From: Callorhinchus milii
Taxonomy: Eukaryota
DNA: 64,000 bases
NCBI RefSeq assembly: GCF_018977255.1
Contig: NW_024704742.1
Coordinates: 78,990,001-79,054,000, forward strand
Direction of reading: 5' to 3'
Positions 22,920 through 35,590 of this stretch are shown piece after piece (position 1 is the first letter of the stretch; each line of letters starts with the position of its first letter). The notes under the pieces were generated by a model. The model saw only the letters and a list, made by a program, of their open reading frames with translations. It did no database searches and was not told the DNA's origin. Position numbers and translations under genes: made by a program.

Positions 22920-23150
22920 TTTTGTGCGTGTCTGCCACATGCGTAAACCCATCACCATGCTGAACAATTTCCAAACCAGACTTAGAGTTTCATGCATGCT
23001 ACACTCATGGTAATTCCCGTGATTGGAATGGAATACACACTCTCCCCAGAGAAACAAGCCCTGGAGATTGGCAAGAGCCAAGCCTTGGGAACGAGTGTGA
23101 TTTGGGGTACTGCTGGAGTTTTAGCAACTAAAAACCTGAGCCTTTGGTTT
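22920..23150 (-). repeat. Family X repeat, terminal fragment
   Basis: GGAATGGAATACACACTCTCCCC..TTGGCAAGAGCCAAGCCTTGGG..GGTACTGCTGGAG. Confidence 0.65.
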
Positions 23151-24121
23151 CCACAACAGATAATGCCGTACAGAGTAGGACTAATATGGGATAATACAGA
23201 TTGATAAATCGAATTATAGACCTTGCTAAGTGACAGAAATGTAATCTCTGCTAGTTATTTGAATAGACTTGCATTCTGTGAAGTTGGTGATCCCTTCTAT
23301 GGACCTCCACAATATCTTTCCCGTGTTCCAGACCTGCACAATATGATCACACAATATGTGAAAGGCTGGAATGAGATGAAAGATAATGAGAGCTGGAATG
23401 AGAGATGAAAGAATAAAAGAAACATCTAAGAGGTGTAATCATCTGAGTAACACTGAAAAAGGCTGGGACGTGACAGTGAGCAAAAGATGAAGGCGTGTAC
23501 AGGAAAATCATGATTTACTATTATTCACTATTATGCCCATTACTAATAACTCCTTTCATCTGTCTAAAATATCTATAAATGGTATCTTTTTGTCGCCGTC
23601 TTTTCTTTGGAGGAACAATGTTGTATTGATTAATTGTCTTCATTTACCTCTTCACTGCATTTCTTCTTGGCGATGTGCAAGTATTCATTTGAATTAACAG
23701 CATTTGTGTAAGTAATCAAAGTTACACTTCCTACAGCCAAATCGATCGCTTTAATCTGACAACCAATAAAGCTTTGGCGAGAGGATATGCTAATTCCACA
23801 ACAAGATACGCTTCCCAATTTGGGGCAGCTCATGTTCTGAGCAGAGAGATACTTGAGTTACTCAGCAGAAAAATGCAATCTATTTACCACTTGCTCCCAA
23901 ACATATATCCGCTGCAGCTATTGCAGTGAAGCAGATTTGGAGTGAGAGATAAGGCTGCCTACGAAATAAACTGCCAGGTCTCTGCCATTGCAACTCACTC
24001 TGCAAACTTGTAACTCCCCAAATTCCCTCCTGCACTATCACAAAGCAGCGAGTCTGTACTGATTGCCAGCCCTGCATAGATTTTCTCCAATGAGCACCTT
24101 CCATCTTGCTCCACTCGCCCG

Positions 24122-24492
24122 TGGAGTCCTGTAGAGCATTGGTTAGAATACTCGCCTCGCAAGTGAGAGAACCCGGTTTGTTTCCATGGTGGGATGAAAC
24201 CTTAGTCAAGTTTTCTTACTCCACACGTCTCTGTTTATCCAGCAGTAAGTAGGAACCCGGTTGTTAGTCAAGTGGCAGATCACTTTCCAGGGATAATAAC
24301 CCCTTAAAAAAAATACAAATTTGGTAATCAATTCACAACTCTTTGTAGGACACTGCTGTGCACATATTGCCTTCCGTGTTTTGGCCACAAAATATATAGT
24401 CAATTCACTTTGCATTACATTCTATGAAGCGCTTAGAGATGGCGCAATGATGTGATGAATCGCTATATGAAATGCAAGGATTATTACTATTT
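24122..24492 (+). mobile_element. tRNA SINE, long form
   Basis: GGAGTCCTGTAG head, central CTCTGTTTATCCAGCAGTAAGTAGGAACC, standard tail. Confidence 0.85.
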
Positions 24493-24915
24493 GTCTATAA
24501 ATCCTAGCTAAAAATCAACTTCTTCGACCACACCTTTGGTGACCTCTCCCTTCCCCACTTCACTTGCTCGGCAAAGGGCCAATGAGGTTAGCAAATGACA
24601 AATTGTAAGCACAATCATGATTTTTGTTTGAAGAATCCCAGTAGAGCACTGTATTGGTAATATTCATACATGACATCACTAGACTACCTCCAGGGCTTAT
24701 CTTCTTGAACATTTAATTATACCTACTGTTCACTTGAATTCTAGCTGTCTGAATCATAGAGTCAAATATTCATGTCTTTTTGACTACTCATCTTAAAGTC
24801 TACATATCACCTATGTTCTTGTAAATTTAACCAAGAAAATATTTTGATAAACTCTGCAGCACAAGGTTTCACTGCTTCTCTGCAGTAAACTTAGTTAGTA
24901 AAGAATGGTCGCAAG

Positions 24916-25222
24916 TGGAGTCCTGTAGCTCAGCACTCGCCTTGCAAGCAAGAGACCTGGGTTCAATTCCAGGCAGGGCGAAACCTTGGGCAAGTTTCCT
25001 TACTCTACACGCTTAATAATAATCCCTCCAAAAAAAAACAATAATAAAATTGGTCATTTTCAATCCACGACTGTTTGTGGACACTGCTGTGTGCAATTGG
25101 CTGCCACGTTTCGCCCACAAATATACAGTCAATTCACTTTACAGCATATTCTGTGAAGCGGTTTGAGACGTCTAGAAGATGTGAAAAAGTGCTATATCAA
25201 ATGCAAGGATTATTATATTATT
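24916..25222 (+). mobile_element. tRNA SINE, short form
   Basis: Near-identical to 6681-6995 with a small deletion in the head. Confidence 0.9.
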
Positions 25223-25869
25223 ATATGTTGGGTTCTAAAATACAGTGTTTGCAATTGAGTTGTTAAAGTGCAATGTGTGAAGATTGTGCAGACGGGCATC
25301 TAGAAAAAGTTCCTGCTGGAGCTTCACTACTGTATGCCTGACAGAAAAACTCAGACAATGTCTGTGCAATGTGTTGCACAGACAACACTAACAACTTGCA
25401 TTTCTGCTGCCCTACTCTTAGCATTATCTTCACAGACATGTGGTCCTTTGCTGAACAAGGGAGGTGGGGAAGGGGAGGTCACTAAAGGCGTGGTCAAAGA
25501 AGTTGACTTTCTAGGCAGGATTTAAAGACAAATGGAGAAGGGGGCAAGATGAAGGGTGAGCAGGGTTTCCTTGGAGTTAAAGCGAGAAAGTAATAGTCTG
25601 AGAATATGAGAAAAAGAAGGTAATACTGATGGGGCACTTCAGTCAGCTAGAAACAAACTGGGAATGCTCAGTTGTGAAGTACTAAGCCTGTTAATGGCAT
25701 ACATGACTGCTTCCTGACTCACTGTGTCAGGGAGGCCACAAGAGGCAGCTCCCTTCTTGACTTAGTGACCCGACACTATTCATGGAACAGAAGTACTTGA
25801 TGCATTTGGTGACAGTGATTACAGCTCAATAACATTCAATTTGATTTGGGAAAGGGCACTAGCAAGCAA

Positions 25870-26885
25870 TCAAGCTTTAGTGTACAACTTTAGATGGGCA
25901 AAGTTCAGGGGAATGAGGGCTGAGCTAAGTGACATAGATTGGGACACATTACTCAAGGACAAATCAGTTGACCGTGAATAGAAATCCTTCAAAAAACATT
26001 ATGCAAAGCATTTGGGGCCAGGGCAAAACAAGTATAAGTGCTGCAAAATGGATCAACAGGAAAATAAGAAGAAAGATTATGGAAATAGAAAGATTTATGC
26101 AGTTTATTTAGAGAAAGGAGAGTGTGTCCATTCATCTGACTACAAGACTGTACAAAAAGAGCTAAAAAAAGAAATAGTGTGAGCCAAGAGAGACTTGGAA
26201 AAGGACATAACAAGAAATGCAAAACATACTACCAAAAAACTTTCAATAATAAAACAAATAATAATCCTTCCATTAGATACAACAACTTTTATATAATATA
26301 TTCACAGGATATACTGTAAAGTGTAGTGACTGTGTATTTTGTGGGTGAATGCACCAGACAATTTGCACAGAGCAATATCACAGCAATAACAGTGAGAGGG
26401 TAGCCAGGAAAGCCTTTAAAATTCCAAATAACTTGTTAAACAATTACGTCCTGATGTTTTTTATTAAACCAGGATAGACATTAAAACACTTCAACCCAAA
26501 AATTAAGTAAATATTGTTTGAGCTCCATGGCTTTGACATAAGTGAGGCTGAGATTCTAGACAGTTCAACGTAATTAAGCCAATAAATGACAGCCAGCACA
26601 GATTCAGAAGAGGTAAATGTTGTCTGACCAACTTCATAGACCTTTTTTTAAGGAGGTTACATCCCAAGTTGACTGCAGGCATTTGACAAAGAATCACATG
26701 GAAGAATCCTTTACAAAACTGTGGTCATGGTAAGTAGTGGACATAGATTCAAAACTGGCTAAAGGGAGTCAGAAGGCAGATATTATGGGAAAAGTCAAAA
26801 TGGTGTGGGGTATATGTTAAATGTACTGTTTCAGATGTCTGACTTTGGCGCCTCCTATTCCTTGTAAATATTAATGATCTGGATT
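25870..26885 (+). mobile_element. Heavily decayed CR1 ORF2 fragments with a SINE-tail insertion
   Basis: Remnants SQHRFRRGKCCLTNFIDL, AFDKESH, WIQNWL-like, INDL. Confidence 0.6.
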
Positions 26886-26899
26886 TGCAGAGCCAGTGT

Positions 26900-27786
26900 A
26901 GCAATCAGAAAAGACAGCAAAGATCTTATTAATTTGCGTGACAACAATCCAAGGTGACATGTTTGCAAACTGGAATGTCAGAATTGAGCCAAGCCTCTGT
27001 GGTGGTCTCGGTAGTTCAGGTCCTGAGACAAGCAAGTCCACAGTACTCCAGGACACTGCTATCGACAGCCCAGCCAGCCTAGCTCATCAGCAAGACTTGG
27101 AAAGGCAGTACAGTCACTGGGGCAGGGACACTTCCCATCCTGCTCCTGCTAGCCCTGCAAGCCAAAGCCCTAATGGGTAGGGTGGTCCTAACCTGGACAA
27201 GAGCAGAAAAACTTGTCAGACAGTGCTTCCAATGGCAAACTATGCAGATTTAGCTGGTTCAACTCCATCCCTACCCCAACATACTCTGGGGTCCCCAAGC
27301 CTTGGCTTTTACCAACCTGTGCCTAATGCTCTCTGGGATTGGAGAGCAAGATGCAGCAGAATCTATCCCTGGAATTTTCACATGCAGATAATAATAATAA
27401 TCCTTGCATTTGACATAGCGCTTTTCACGTCTTCTAGACGTCCCAAAGCGCTTCACAGAATATACTGTAAAGTGAATTGACTGTATATTTGTGGGTGAAC
27501 GCGGCAGCCAATTGCGCACAGCAATGTCCCACAAACAGTCATGGATTGAAAACGACCAATTTATTATTGTTTTGTTTTTTGGAGGGATTATTATTAGTCG
27601 TGTGGAGCAAGGAAACTTGCCCAAAGTTTCGCCTGCCTGGAATTGAACTCAGGTCTCTCATTTGCAAAGCGAGTGCTCTAACCACTGAGTTACGGGACTC
27701 CATCCAGATGGGATGCATGGAATTCTCAGTTTGGTTTGGATACTCTTAAACATGATAATGGGTGTCCGATACCCGGCTGACCAAAA
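26900..27786 (+). repeat. Family X repeat (variant B upstream part), split by a SINE
   Basis: CAGCCAGCCTAGCTCATC, GCCCTAATGGGTAGGGTGGTCCTA, terminus GATACCCGGCTGACCAAA shared with 58130-58603. Confidence 0.75.
27390..27701 (-). mobile_element. tRNA SINE, short form
   Basis: Reverse complement of 6681-6995; flanked by CATGCAGAT / CATCCAGAT (possible TSD). Confidence 0.9.
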
Positions 27787-29334
27787 ACAAATTAACCTTC
27801 TCCCCAGAGGAATGTGCCATGCTTGCCTAATCTCAGAGAACTCCAGGTATGTGTAAGAAAAGGTCTTTTAGAATAATCAAGTCTAATTAGAAGCACAACC
27901 TTGTGTGAGATACTGAATGATTCCATGCAGTTCAGCAGTCAGGAAAACAGCATGCAACTGATTAAATATATAATGTTAGCTGTCGACACAGTTTGACAAT
28001 TTACCCAGGGCCTAATAGCACAATGTGAACACAAAGCATTAAGTGCAGGCATGCACAGCAGTCAATGCAGGGGAGTACTGAAGCTTGTTGCCAGAATATG
28101 CAACTGGGACTCCTGGAAAGACTGCCAGCGGAGCAGGAAAAGGAAAGGTCAGCCTTTGATCAATGGGGTGGGAGATCAAGAGAAAGAAATGCCTATAAGA
28201 AAGCAGTTTGATATTACACTGCTCACTCACCAAGCATTTGACAGCGATAATTACTGTCCATCTGTCGTCTCACTAATATTCAGTCAACAACATGGAGAGC
28301 ATCGTACCAACTGGTTTCTCAGGAGGAGAGAATTGTTTCTGTAGCCCCTATGCCTCCCCAATCTCTGCTGTACTGAAAGCAATATCTCTAATCCTGTAAT
28401 GTACTGATTGTACCTCTTCAAAGGAGATTCTGTCTAACGTTATCAGAGCTTCCTTGATCTACCCAGATTGAAGATTTTCTTTTGCTTTCGATAGCAAATC
28501 AGGAGCACACCTATGCAATTTGGATTCTAGGTTTATTGGCACCTGTGAACTCGTGCTTTTGATGTGAATGAGTGCTTAATGCACATTCCAACACAGTGTG
28601 CATTGAGAGCTCATGCGAAACTAAGTTTTCTATTTTTCTGGCAAGTGTGGTTTTGAGCCCTCACTAATTAGATAGCAGGTTTGAGGAACACCCTGCAAGC
28701 TTCCCTGGAACTTCCCTATGAGCAAAGAGAATTATGAATTGGACAGAATGATGGAAGACTAGGTGGTACAATGGATGCACATCAGCAATCACACTCAGGA
28801 CCGCTTGACCTGCTTACCTCACTTGTTGGAGCTTGCTATACTTATTAATTGAAACATTGCATGACCAGAGGAACTAAACTAACAGATTTTACAACATCAG
28901 CTGTTGATATTTACCCAAAGGCAGCAAAAAGCACAGTGTGGAACACAATTTATAAGAGAAAGCAACACTGTCCAGACTCTGAACCCGTTTGCAATCTTTG
29001 GACTAGATATTTCTTATGTGTATTAGATTTACTATTTCTAGTATCTAATCCCCAATTTTCAGTTCAATTTTGTAATTTGGTTTGGGTAGAAACTAAATTT
29101 TCTTTTCCTCAATACCTGAGAACACTTATTTTTAAAATAAAAGCTGTAGAATTGAAGAATCATTTCAAAGCAATTTATTGAAGACAAAACAGGCTATGAA
29201 TTCCTGCTCTACTAGAGAGTTCCTAATTTTCAAAATCCTGCTCTCTTGTTCTTTTATTTTCTACTGAATATAAAAAATGTTCAAATATCTATTTTAATTG
29301 TTCCTTTCCTTACATTGCTTTAAGCATTGTGGTC

Positions 29335-29585
29335 AGAACCCTTGTGCATAAGATAGTCAGAAGAAGAGTGAAAGGAGATTTTTATTTCACTCAGAAAGTT
29401 GTTGGGAAGTGGAATACCCTGCCAAATAAAGCAGTGGTCGAGTTTACTGTGAGTTTCAAGAGGGAAGGAGACAGGAATATGAACGATAGAAGCTTGAAGG
29501 GATCTGGGAATCAGGCACAGCAGTGGGATTGAATGAACATCTTACTCTGTGAGCTGGTGCAGACTCAATGTGCTGTTTGTAAAAT
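29335..29585 (+). mobile_element. CR1 3' end, decayed
   Basis: FYFTQKVVGKWNTLPNKAV..FKRE.D. Confidence 0.7.
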
Positions 29586-30753
29586 ATTTTATCTAGGATT
29601 CCCCTCAGACATGAGGAACACATACATAAAGGAGAAGCATATAGGAAGGGGGATTGGGAAGGTGAGGCTCAGGTAAACATCGACAAGGACTAGGTAGGTT
29701 TAATGTTCCATGCTGTAATGTTCTATGTAATTTTATGTAACCTATTTTCTAAGAGTTTCCTCTGGTATATTATGTTGATTTCCCAATGCTTGAATTACAC
29801 TTTTGGTTTCTTAACTTCCTTCTTGAGTTTCATATAGAGTCAATTCACTTTACAGTGTATTCTGTGAAGCGTTTTGAGATGTCTAGAAGACATGATAAGG
29901 TGCTATATCAAATGCAAGGATTATTATTATAATCTTAAATTGGATAAAATTATGATTTACACAAATCTAAATATCATCAACATGCCGACTAATGTCACTG
30001 GATTAAACCTGCTTTGCACATTATCTTTCTACTTTTTTGCTAACTGCCATTTCTACAGAAGAAAAAACAAGAAGTACCTTTTCTTTGAGGAAATTTTTTT
30101 TCTGATATCTGTTCCAAAATTACTTTTCATTAATTTCCATTTTTATGTTCTTTGCACTTTGGTCATTATTTTACTTGAAAGACACTGTATAATGCAAATT
30201 CTTCAGCCTACTTTTTGGTAATTCTTTGAAATAATTTTTCAAATTTCAATGGCATTTAATCTTTTCTGTCACTCTGCCCCGCTTTCTGAGACTTTGAGAG
30301 ACTCTCTGCCTCTCCCTCTCTTTTATACTTTGGTCATCCCCTGCCCCGCCCCCTCCCCACTATTACAAACAACCTAACACTGCTACAACAGAAATCCACC
30401 ACAGACTGAATGTACCTGACTACATTACAAACAGATTAGAAAGATTATACAATTAATATGGTGCAGCTCATTACAAGGACACTCCATTCAACGAGAAAGA
30501 TGTTTTGAATAAATGGAAGGTTTTATACACTGGAGACTCCTCCATGGAGAATAATTGAAAGGTTATTTTGCACAATTCTTTACAAAGATGCACAAATACT
30601 GAGATGGCATGGAAGTTGAACGGTAATGTGAAATGGTGATAGCAGTACTAACCACGTTAAATTTCACAGGTAACGTCTTATAAGGAATCTTATTACAAAT
30701 GTACATGATTTTAAATAGGATTGAGAAAGTAAACCTGGAATAATAAATTCAGA

Positions 30754-31140
30754 TAATAATAATAATAATTCTTGCATTTGATATAGCATCTTATCATGTC
30801 TTTGAGACATCTCAAAGCGCTTCACACAATATAATGTCAAGTGAATTGACTGTATACTTTGTAGGCAAAACCTGACAGCTAATTGCGCACAGCAGTGTCC
30901 CACAAACAGTCGTGAATTTAAGTGACCAATTTATTATTATTATTTTTTTTGAAATAATAAATTTCCCCAGAAAAACGATCCGCCAATCGACTAACAATCA
31001 GGTTTCTACTTGCTGCTAGGTAAACAGAGGAGTGTGGAGCATGGGAACTTACTTCTCACTCCTCTGTTTACTCCAACAATTCGCCCTGCCAGGACTCTCG
31101 CTTGCGAGGCTGATGCTCTAACCACTAAGCTACAGGACTC
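30754..31140 (-). mobile_element. tRNA SINE, long form with small internal fold-back
   Basis: Tail, central block and head all recognisable on the minus strand. Confidence 0.85.
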
Positions 31141-31149
31141 TGCCTAGGG

Positions 31150-31345
31150 ATGCATTGAGACAGGAAGTATTTCTTTATCCAGAGGTAATTAATGACTGGA
31201 ATAGATTGCCAGGACACTGGACTTATTTAAAAAACAGGTTGATGCTGTGATGTGAGGAAGGTAGGGCAGGTCCTCTGGAAGCATGAGATCAGATGGGCTG
31301 AAGAGCCTTCATCATCCAAACCAATCTTGTGTGATTTAGATTAGA
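31150..31345 (+). mobile_element. CR1-like 3' end, second subfamily
   Basis: RKYFFIQR-like, GATGGGCTGAAGAGCCTT, TTAGATTAGAT tail. Confidence 0.55.
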
Positions 31346-32235
31346 TATTAGATGGGTGCCAGCACTTTTAGAAGCACATCCCACTAGTTGGGCCAAAGGA
31401 AGAGAGGAGAACATTTGTGTATTTGGGGAGGGGGGAATAAACTTAACATGGTAATGAATTTGAAAAGCTTGTACAAGAGATCTTCTAATTTTAGGAACGG
31501 AAGAGCTTTTAACTTCATTTTTTTCTTCAGGCTCCCAAGGCAACAGACCATTTGCCAGTTTTTAAAGTGTCAAACAGACAAGCTTCCCGAGCTTGTCAGA
31601 AGCATTCTCGAGCCAGCTACCAGCAGGTGATAGCAAGCTCCAGTGACTCACCATCTGGGAAGATGCATTCAGCATTTGGTGCATTCCCCGGGCAGCAAGT
31701 CTGAGGTCAGGAACTTACTGATTAGGGAATCAGAGGTTCAAACGTATGTGATAAGATTCCAGAGCGCGGCACGTTGGAACAGCAACAGATGTTGAGACAG
31801 ATGTTATTGCAAGTGAATTTCATTGCATTCAGCTAACCTGATCGGCAATTCGGTTGTCATATAAAGTGTGTCAGTCATAACACAATGCTATTAAAGACCT
31901 GAACAAATACAACGTGACCACGGGAGAATTGGTGTCAATGCCATAAAGAACATGTTGCACAAAGTGATTTAATCCACAAACAAGCTCCAAATCCCCTTTT
32001 ACTGGAAATGTTAAAATCAAAAGTCAAATTCGATCAAACTATTAGCCGTACCACGACTAATAAAAAGAATAAAATGACAATCCAGACAGCCGTGAAGCAA
32101 TAATGTTGGAATGGGCTAATCTGTAATGGAATTCAATTTGAATTGCTAACAGTAGCTTGACTGGCTATAAATGGAATATGGAATAACTTGGGAGGGATGT
32201 GTGTGTCCATCTACGTGAGATTTAGATAATTTAAA

Positions 32236-32672
32236 TGTCAGCCTGACTCAGTTGACAGCACCCGTCCTTGAGTCAGAAGGTTTGGGGTTCAAACCCCATT
32301 TCAGGATTTTAAGCTCATTGCCTCAGCTGACACTCCAGCACAGTTCTGCAGGATCATTGCATTGATAGAGGTGCTGTCCTTTGAATGAAACATTAAACCA
32401 AGGTCCTGTCTGCCTGTTGAGATGGACACTAAAGATTGCACAGTACTACTTGAAAAGAGAAGGGAGTTTGTCATGGAGTTCTTATCAATAATCTCCCAGC
32501 TAAAATGATCATTCACTTAATACTTGTTTGTGGATTACTGCACTGTGCAAATTTGTTGTTGTGTTCAACTACAACATATGGTTACTACACTGCAATAAAT
32601 TCCCACAAAGTGCTTTTGAGATATTTTGATGATGTGACAAGGCACTATTTTCAAATACAAGAATTTTATAAT
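32236..32672 (+). mobile_element. DeuSINE, near full length
   Basis: TGTCAGCCTGACTCAGTTG head, CATTAAACCAAGGTCCTGTCTGCCTG core, decayed tail. Confidence 0.75.
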
Positions 32673-34151
32673 ATAACAGGCCATTAGATGTTTGTGCACA
32701 ATGGCACTTTTGGATGCAAGTGAAAATCAGATGCCCAAACTTCCATCAAGCAAAGAACGTTTTGAACTGTTCCCGGCAATCCTGCACGCAGGACAATCAC
32801 ATTCAAACTGAAATTGTGATGCAACAGCAGATGAAACCTAAGCAAAAAGGAAAGCAATGCATTGAAGGAAATCTTATCCATTTGGAAGTCGTAAAATAAG
32901 TAAATGAATTTAGCATGAAGTGAATAGAAATGAAGTAAATTGAAACCAATAATGACTAGCTGGACTCCCAGCGTATCAAAAACAATTGGGTTCGACTGTA
33001 GACAAAGCAAAGACTTGCTTCAAATTATCAACAAATGAAAAAGGATTGCAGAAATATATATATTTTTAAATCATCATTGGGAAACAAATTGGGTTATTAG
33101 CCTCAGGACGAGAGCTCATTTATATCAGGAGCAGCTCAAGTACTGTGCAAAATCAAACCCACCGAATCATTGGAAGTATAATAATGGACTGCAAATGAGA
33201 AGCTGAAAAGTAACAAGCCAGAAAATAAAGAGAAATCAGATCGAATAACTGCAGCCGTAAGATTGAAGTGATTCACATCAATCTCAAATCAGCAATGCAT
33301 TACCAGCTGCTTCTTTAGTTTCCTCACGACTTTCCCCTTTTTTCTCCCTGAATAGGAAGTACTTGATAATAATAATAATAATAATTCTTGCATTTGATAT
33401 AGCGCCTTATCACATCTTCGATTGGGAGCATTTCTTAGCTCCAACAATGTGGAAGGATGAATTAATGTCAGATCAGAGATATAGGAGTTGCTAATAAACT
33501 TTTACAAATAAGGGTCTGGATAGGAATGCGTTTTTGTCTCGATGAGCATGGCACCTAAAGGGAACAAACAACATTTCAACAAAACTAGAACCCTTCTGGA
33601 ATTGCATGTTCACATAAAAACAAGAATATGGGGTAGAGTCTTAGAGTGCTGGAAAAACAGGAGATAACACGAGAGGTTTTAGTCCATTGGATCTCATCAT
33701 TTCAAAGTACTCGGACTTCCACTCCTCTCATCACAGCAACAAGCTGCTTTATAAATGAGTCTCTATTGCTTTTCTGCATGTCTTTTTAGATTCAATCTAC
33801 ACGTCTTCATCTTCATAAAGAAGTGGTTCAAATGTAACAGCTTCTTGCCCCAGCTGACAACCATCAATCAGCTTACAGTCACAGTAGCAAGACAAGCAGC
33901 ACTTGTCAAGAGATAAGCACCACAGATAAGATGATAGGAGAGGATCCATGAGCATTAAACCTGGTGCACTTTGAATTGAACTCCTGGTCACTTTCACACC
34001 AAAGATCAACAGAATGTGGGCAGGAAGGAGGGAGGGAATACCCTTGGCAAGCAAGGATATTAAGGGAGAAAATGTGGAGAAATGCAATTAAAGATTTGCC
34101 ATAGATTAATGGAGGCAGCCATAATGAGGCAGTCAGTCTCCGCACAGAGTA

Positions 34152-34275
34152 TATCACCAAGTTGTAGGAGGCAGCACAGCAAATGATGGAAGAGGGGAGG
34201 AACGGAAGGTATGAGTCAAACTTTGCATTCCATCTTCCCATCATTCGCTGCGCTGCCTCCTACAACTTGGTGATA
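34152..34275. repeat. Inverted repeat, ~42-bp arms, 39-nt spacer
   Basis: TATCACCAAGTTGTAGGAGGCAGCACAGCAAATGATGGAAGA vs TCTTCCCATCATTCGCTGCGCTGCCTCCTACAACTTGGTGATA. Confidence 0.92.
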
Positions 34276-35169
34276 GACAGCGCGGTGAGCGCCAGGATGA
34301 GAGGCAGAGCGGGAGTTTTTTAAAAAGGTATTGTTGCATTTTTTCAAATTCTAAAGCTACTGAAGCATGAGTCTTAGTAAGAAATGCAAGGTAGATGCGG
34401 AAAATAGAGGACATTTGAGCTCTGGTTCAACAGAAACATTTCCCACAGTGTTATCATTATTTTGTTCATTGTTAGTGCTATTAAATTCTGTGCATTTTAA
34501 TGCACTTAATTATTTCTTTCACTTTCATTGCGCACTCTGGATTTAATTATTATTCTTGCATGTATGTACTTTATTGATAAAAGTGTATTATTGTTTTAAA
34601 ATTTGTATGAATCTTTGCTTTGCATATTTAAAGTTTGCATTGTAACTGAAATATGGTGAAATTAAGTAATACAGTTACACAATTTATAACAGAGGATTTC
34701 CAAATGATTCTTACTGGTTATATTCCTGGAAGCGAAACACAAAAATATTATTATCCCATGGACATTTCTCAAATTTGACATCCGGCCCTCAGCAGCCAAA
34801 AGGTGGATCACCCTGATCTAAGCCATTGTGTTCTTAAAATAATAAGAATAATCCTTGCATTTAATGCAGTGCCTTATTACATTGCTGAGACGTCTCAAAG
34901 CGCTTCACAGAATATACTGTAAAGTGTAGTGACTGTTTATTTTGTGGGTTAAATGCAGCAGCCTGCGGTGTCCCACACACAGAGGGTGTGTTGGGGATAG
35001 TGTTTGACCAGATAAAATCACATAGTCTCACCAGTTAAAACCGCATAGCTTTTCATTGCAGGTTAACAGGACCTGAGTGGGAAGAAGCCTTGCTCTCAGT
35101 GACTGATTACTCCTCAAAGCCTTGCTGATGAATCATCAGAAAGAGAACTCTCATGCGATACTGTCCTAC

Positions 35170-35590
35170 ATAATAATAATAATTCTTGCATTTGATATAG
35201 TGGTTTTCACGTCTTCTAGACGTCTCAAAGCGCTTCACATAATAGACTGTAAAGTGAATTGACTGTATATTTGTGGGCGAAATGCGGCAGCCAATTGCGC
35301 ATAGCAGTCTCCCACAAACATTCGTGGATTGAAATGAGCAATTTATTATTTTTTTTTGAGGGATTATTATCAGGCATATGGAGTAAGGAAATTTGCCCAA
35401 TTTAGCCAGCAACTATGAGATTTTTAGCTCCCCTCTCGACTCTCTACCCCCTCCTCGCTCCCTCCCTTCCCTCCCCTCACCCTGACCATTCCCCCTGCTC
35501 GGGTCCTGACATAACTGTACAGCGCCTTGGGACGTCCCCCCCACGTGAAAGGCGCTCAATAAATGGAATCTTGTTGTTGTTGTTGTTGAG
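35170..35590. mobile_element. SINE short form (minus, 35170-35402) next to an L2 tail (plus, ~35425-35588)
   Basis: Standard SINE tail reversed; L2 stem-loop and (GTT)n. Confidence 0.8.

Noticed and set aside
23366..23412. Short duplication GCTGGAATGAG(AG)ATGAAAGA
   Set aside because: Ordinary slippage duplication; similar trivial cases at ~36218-36248 and ~63790-63815
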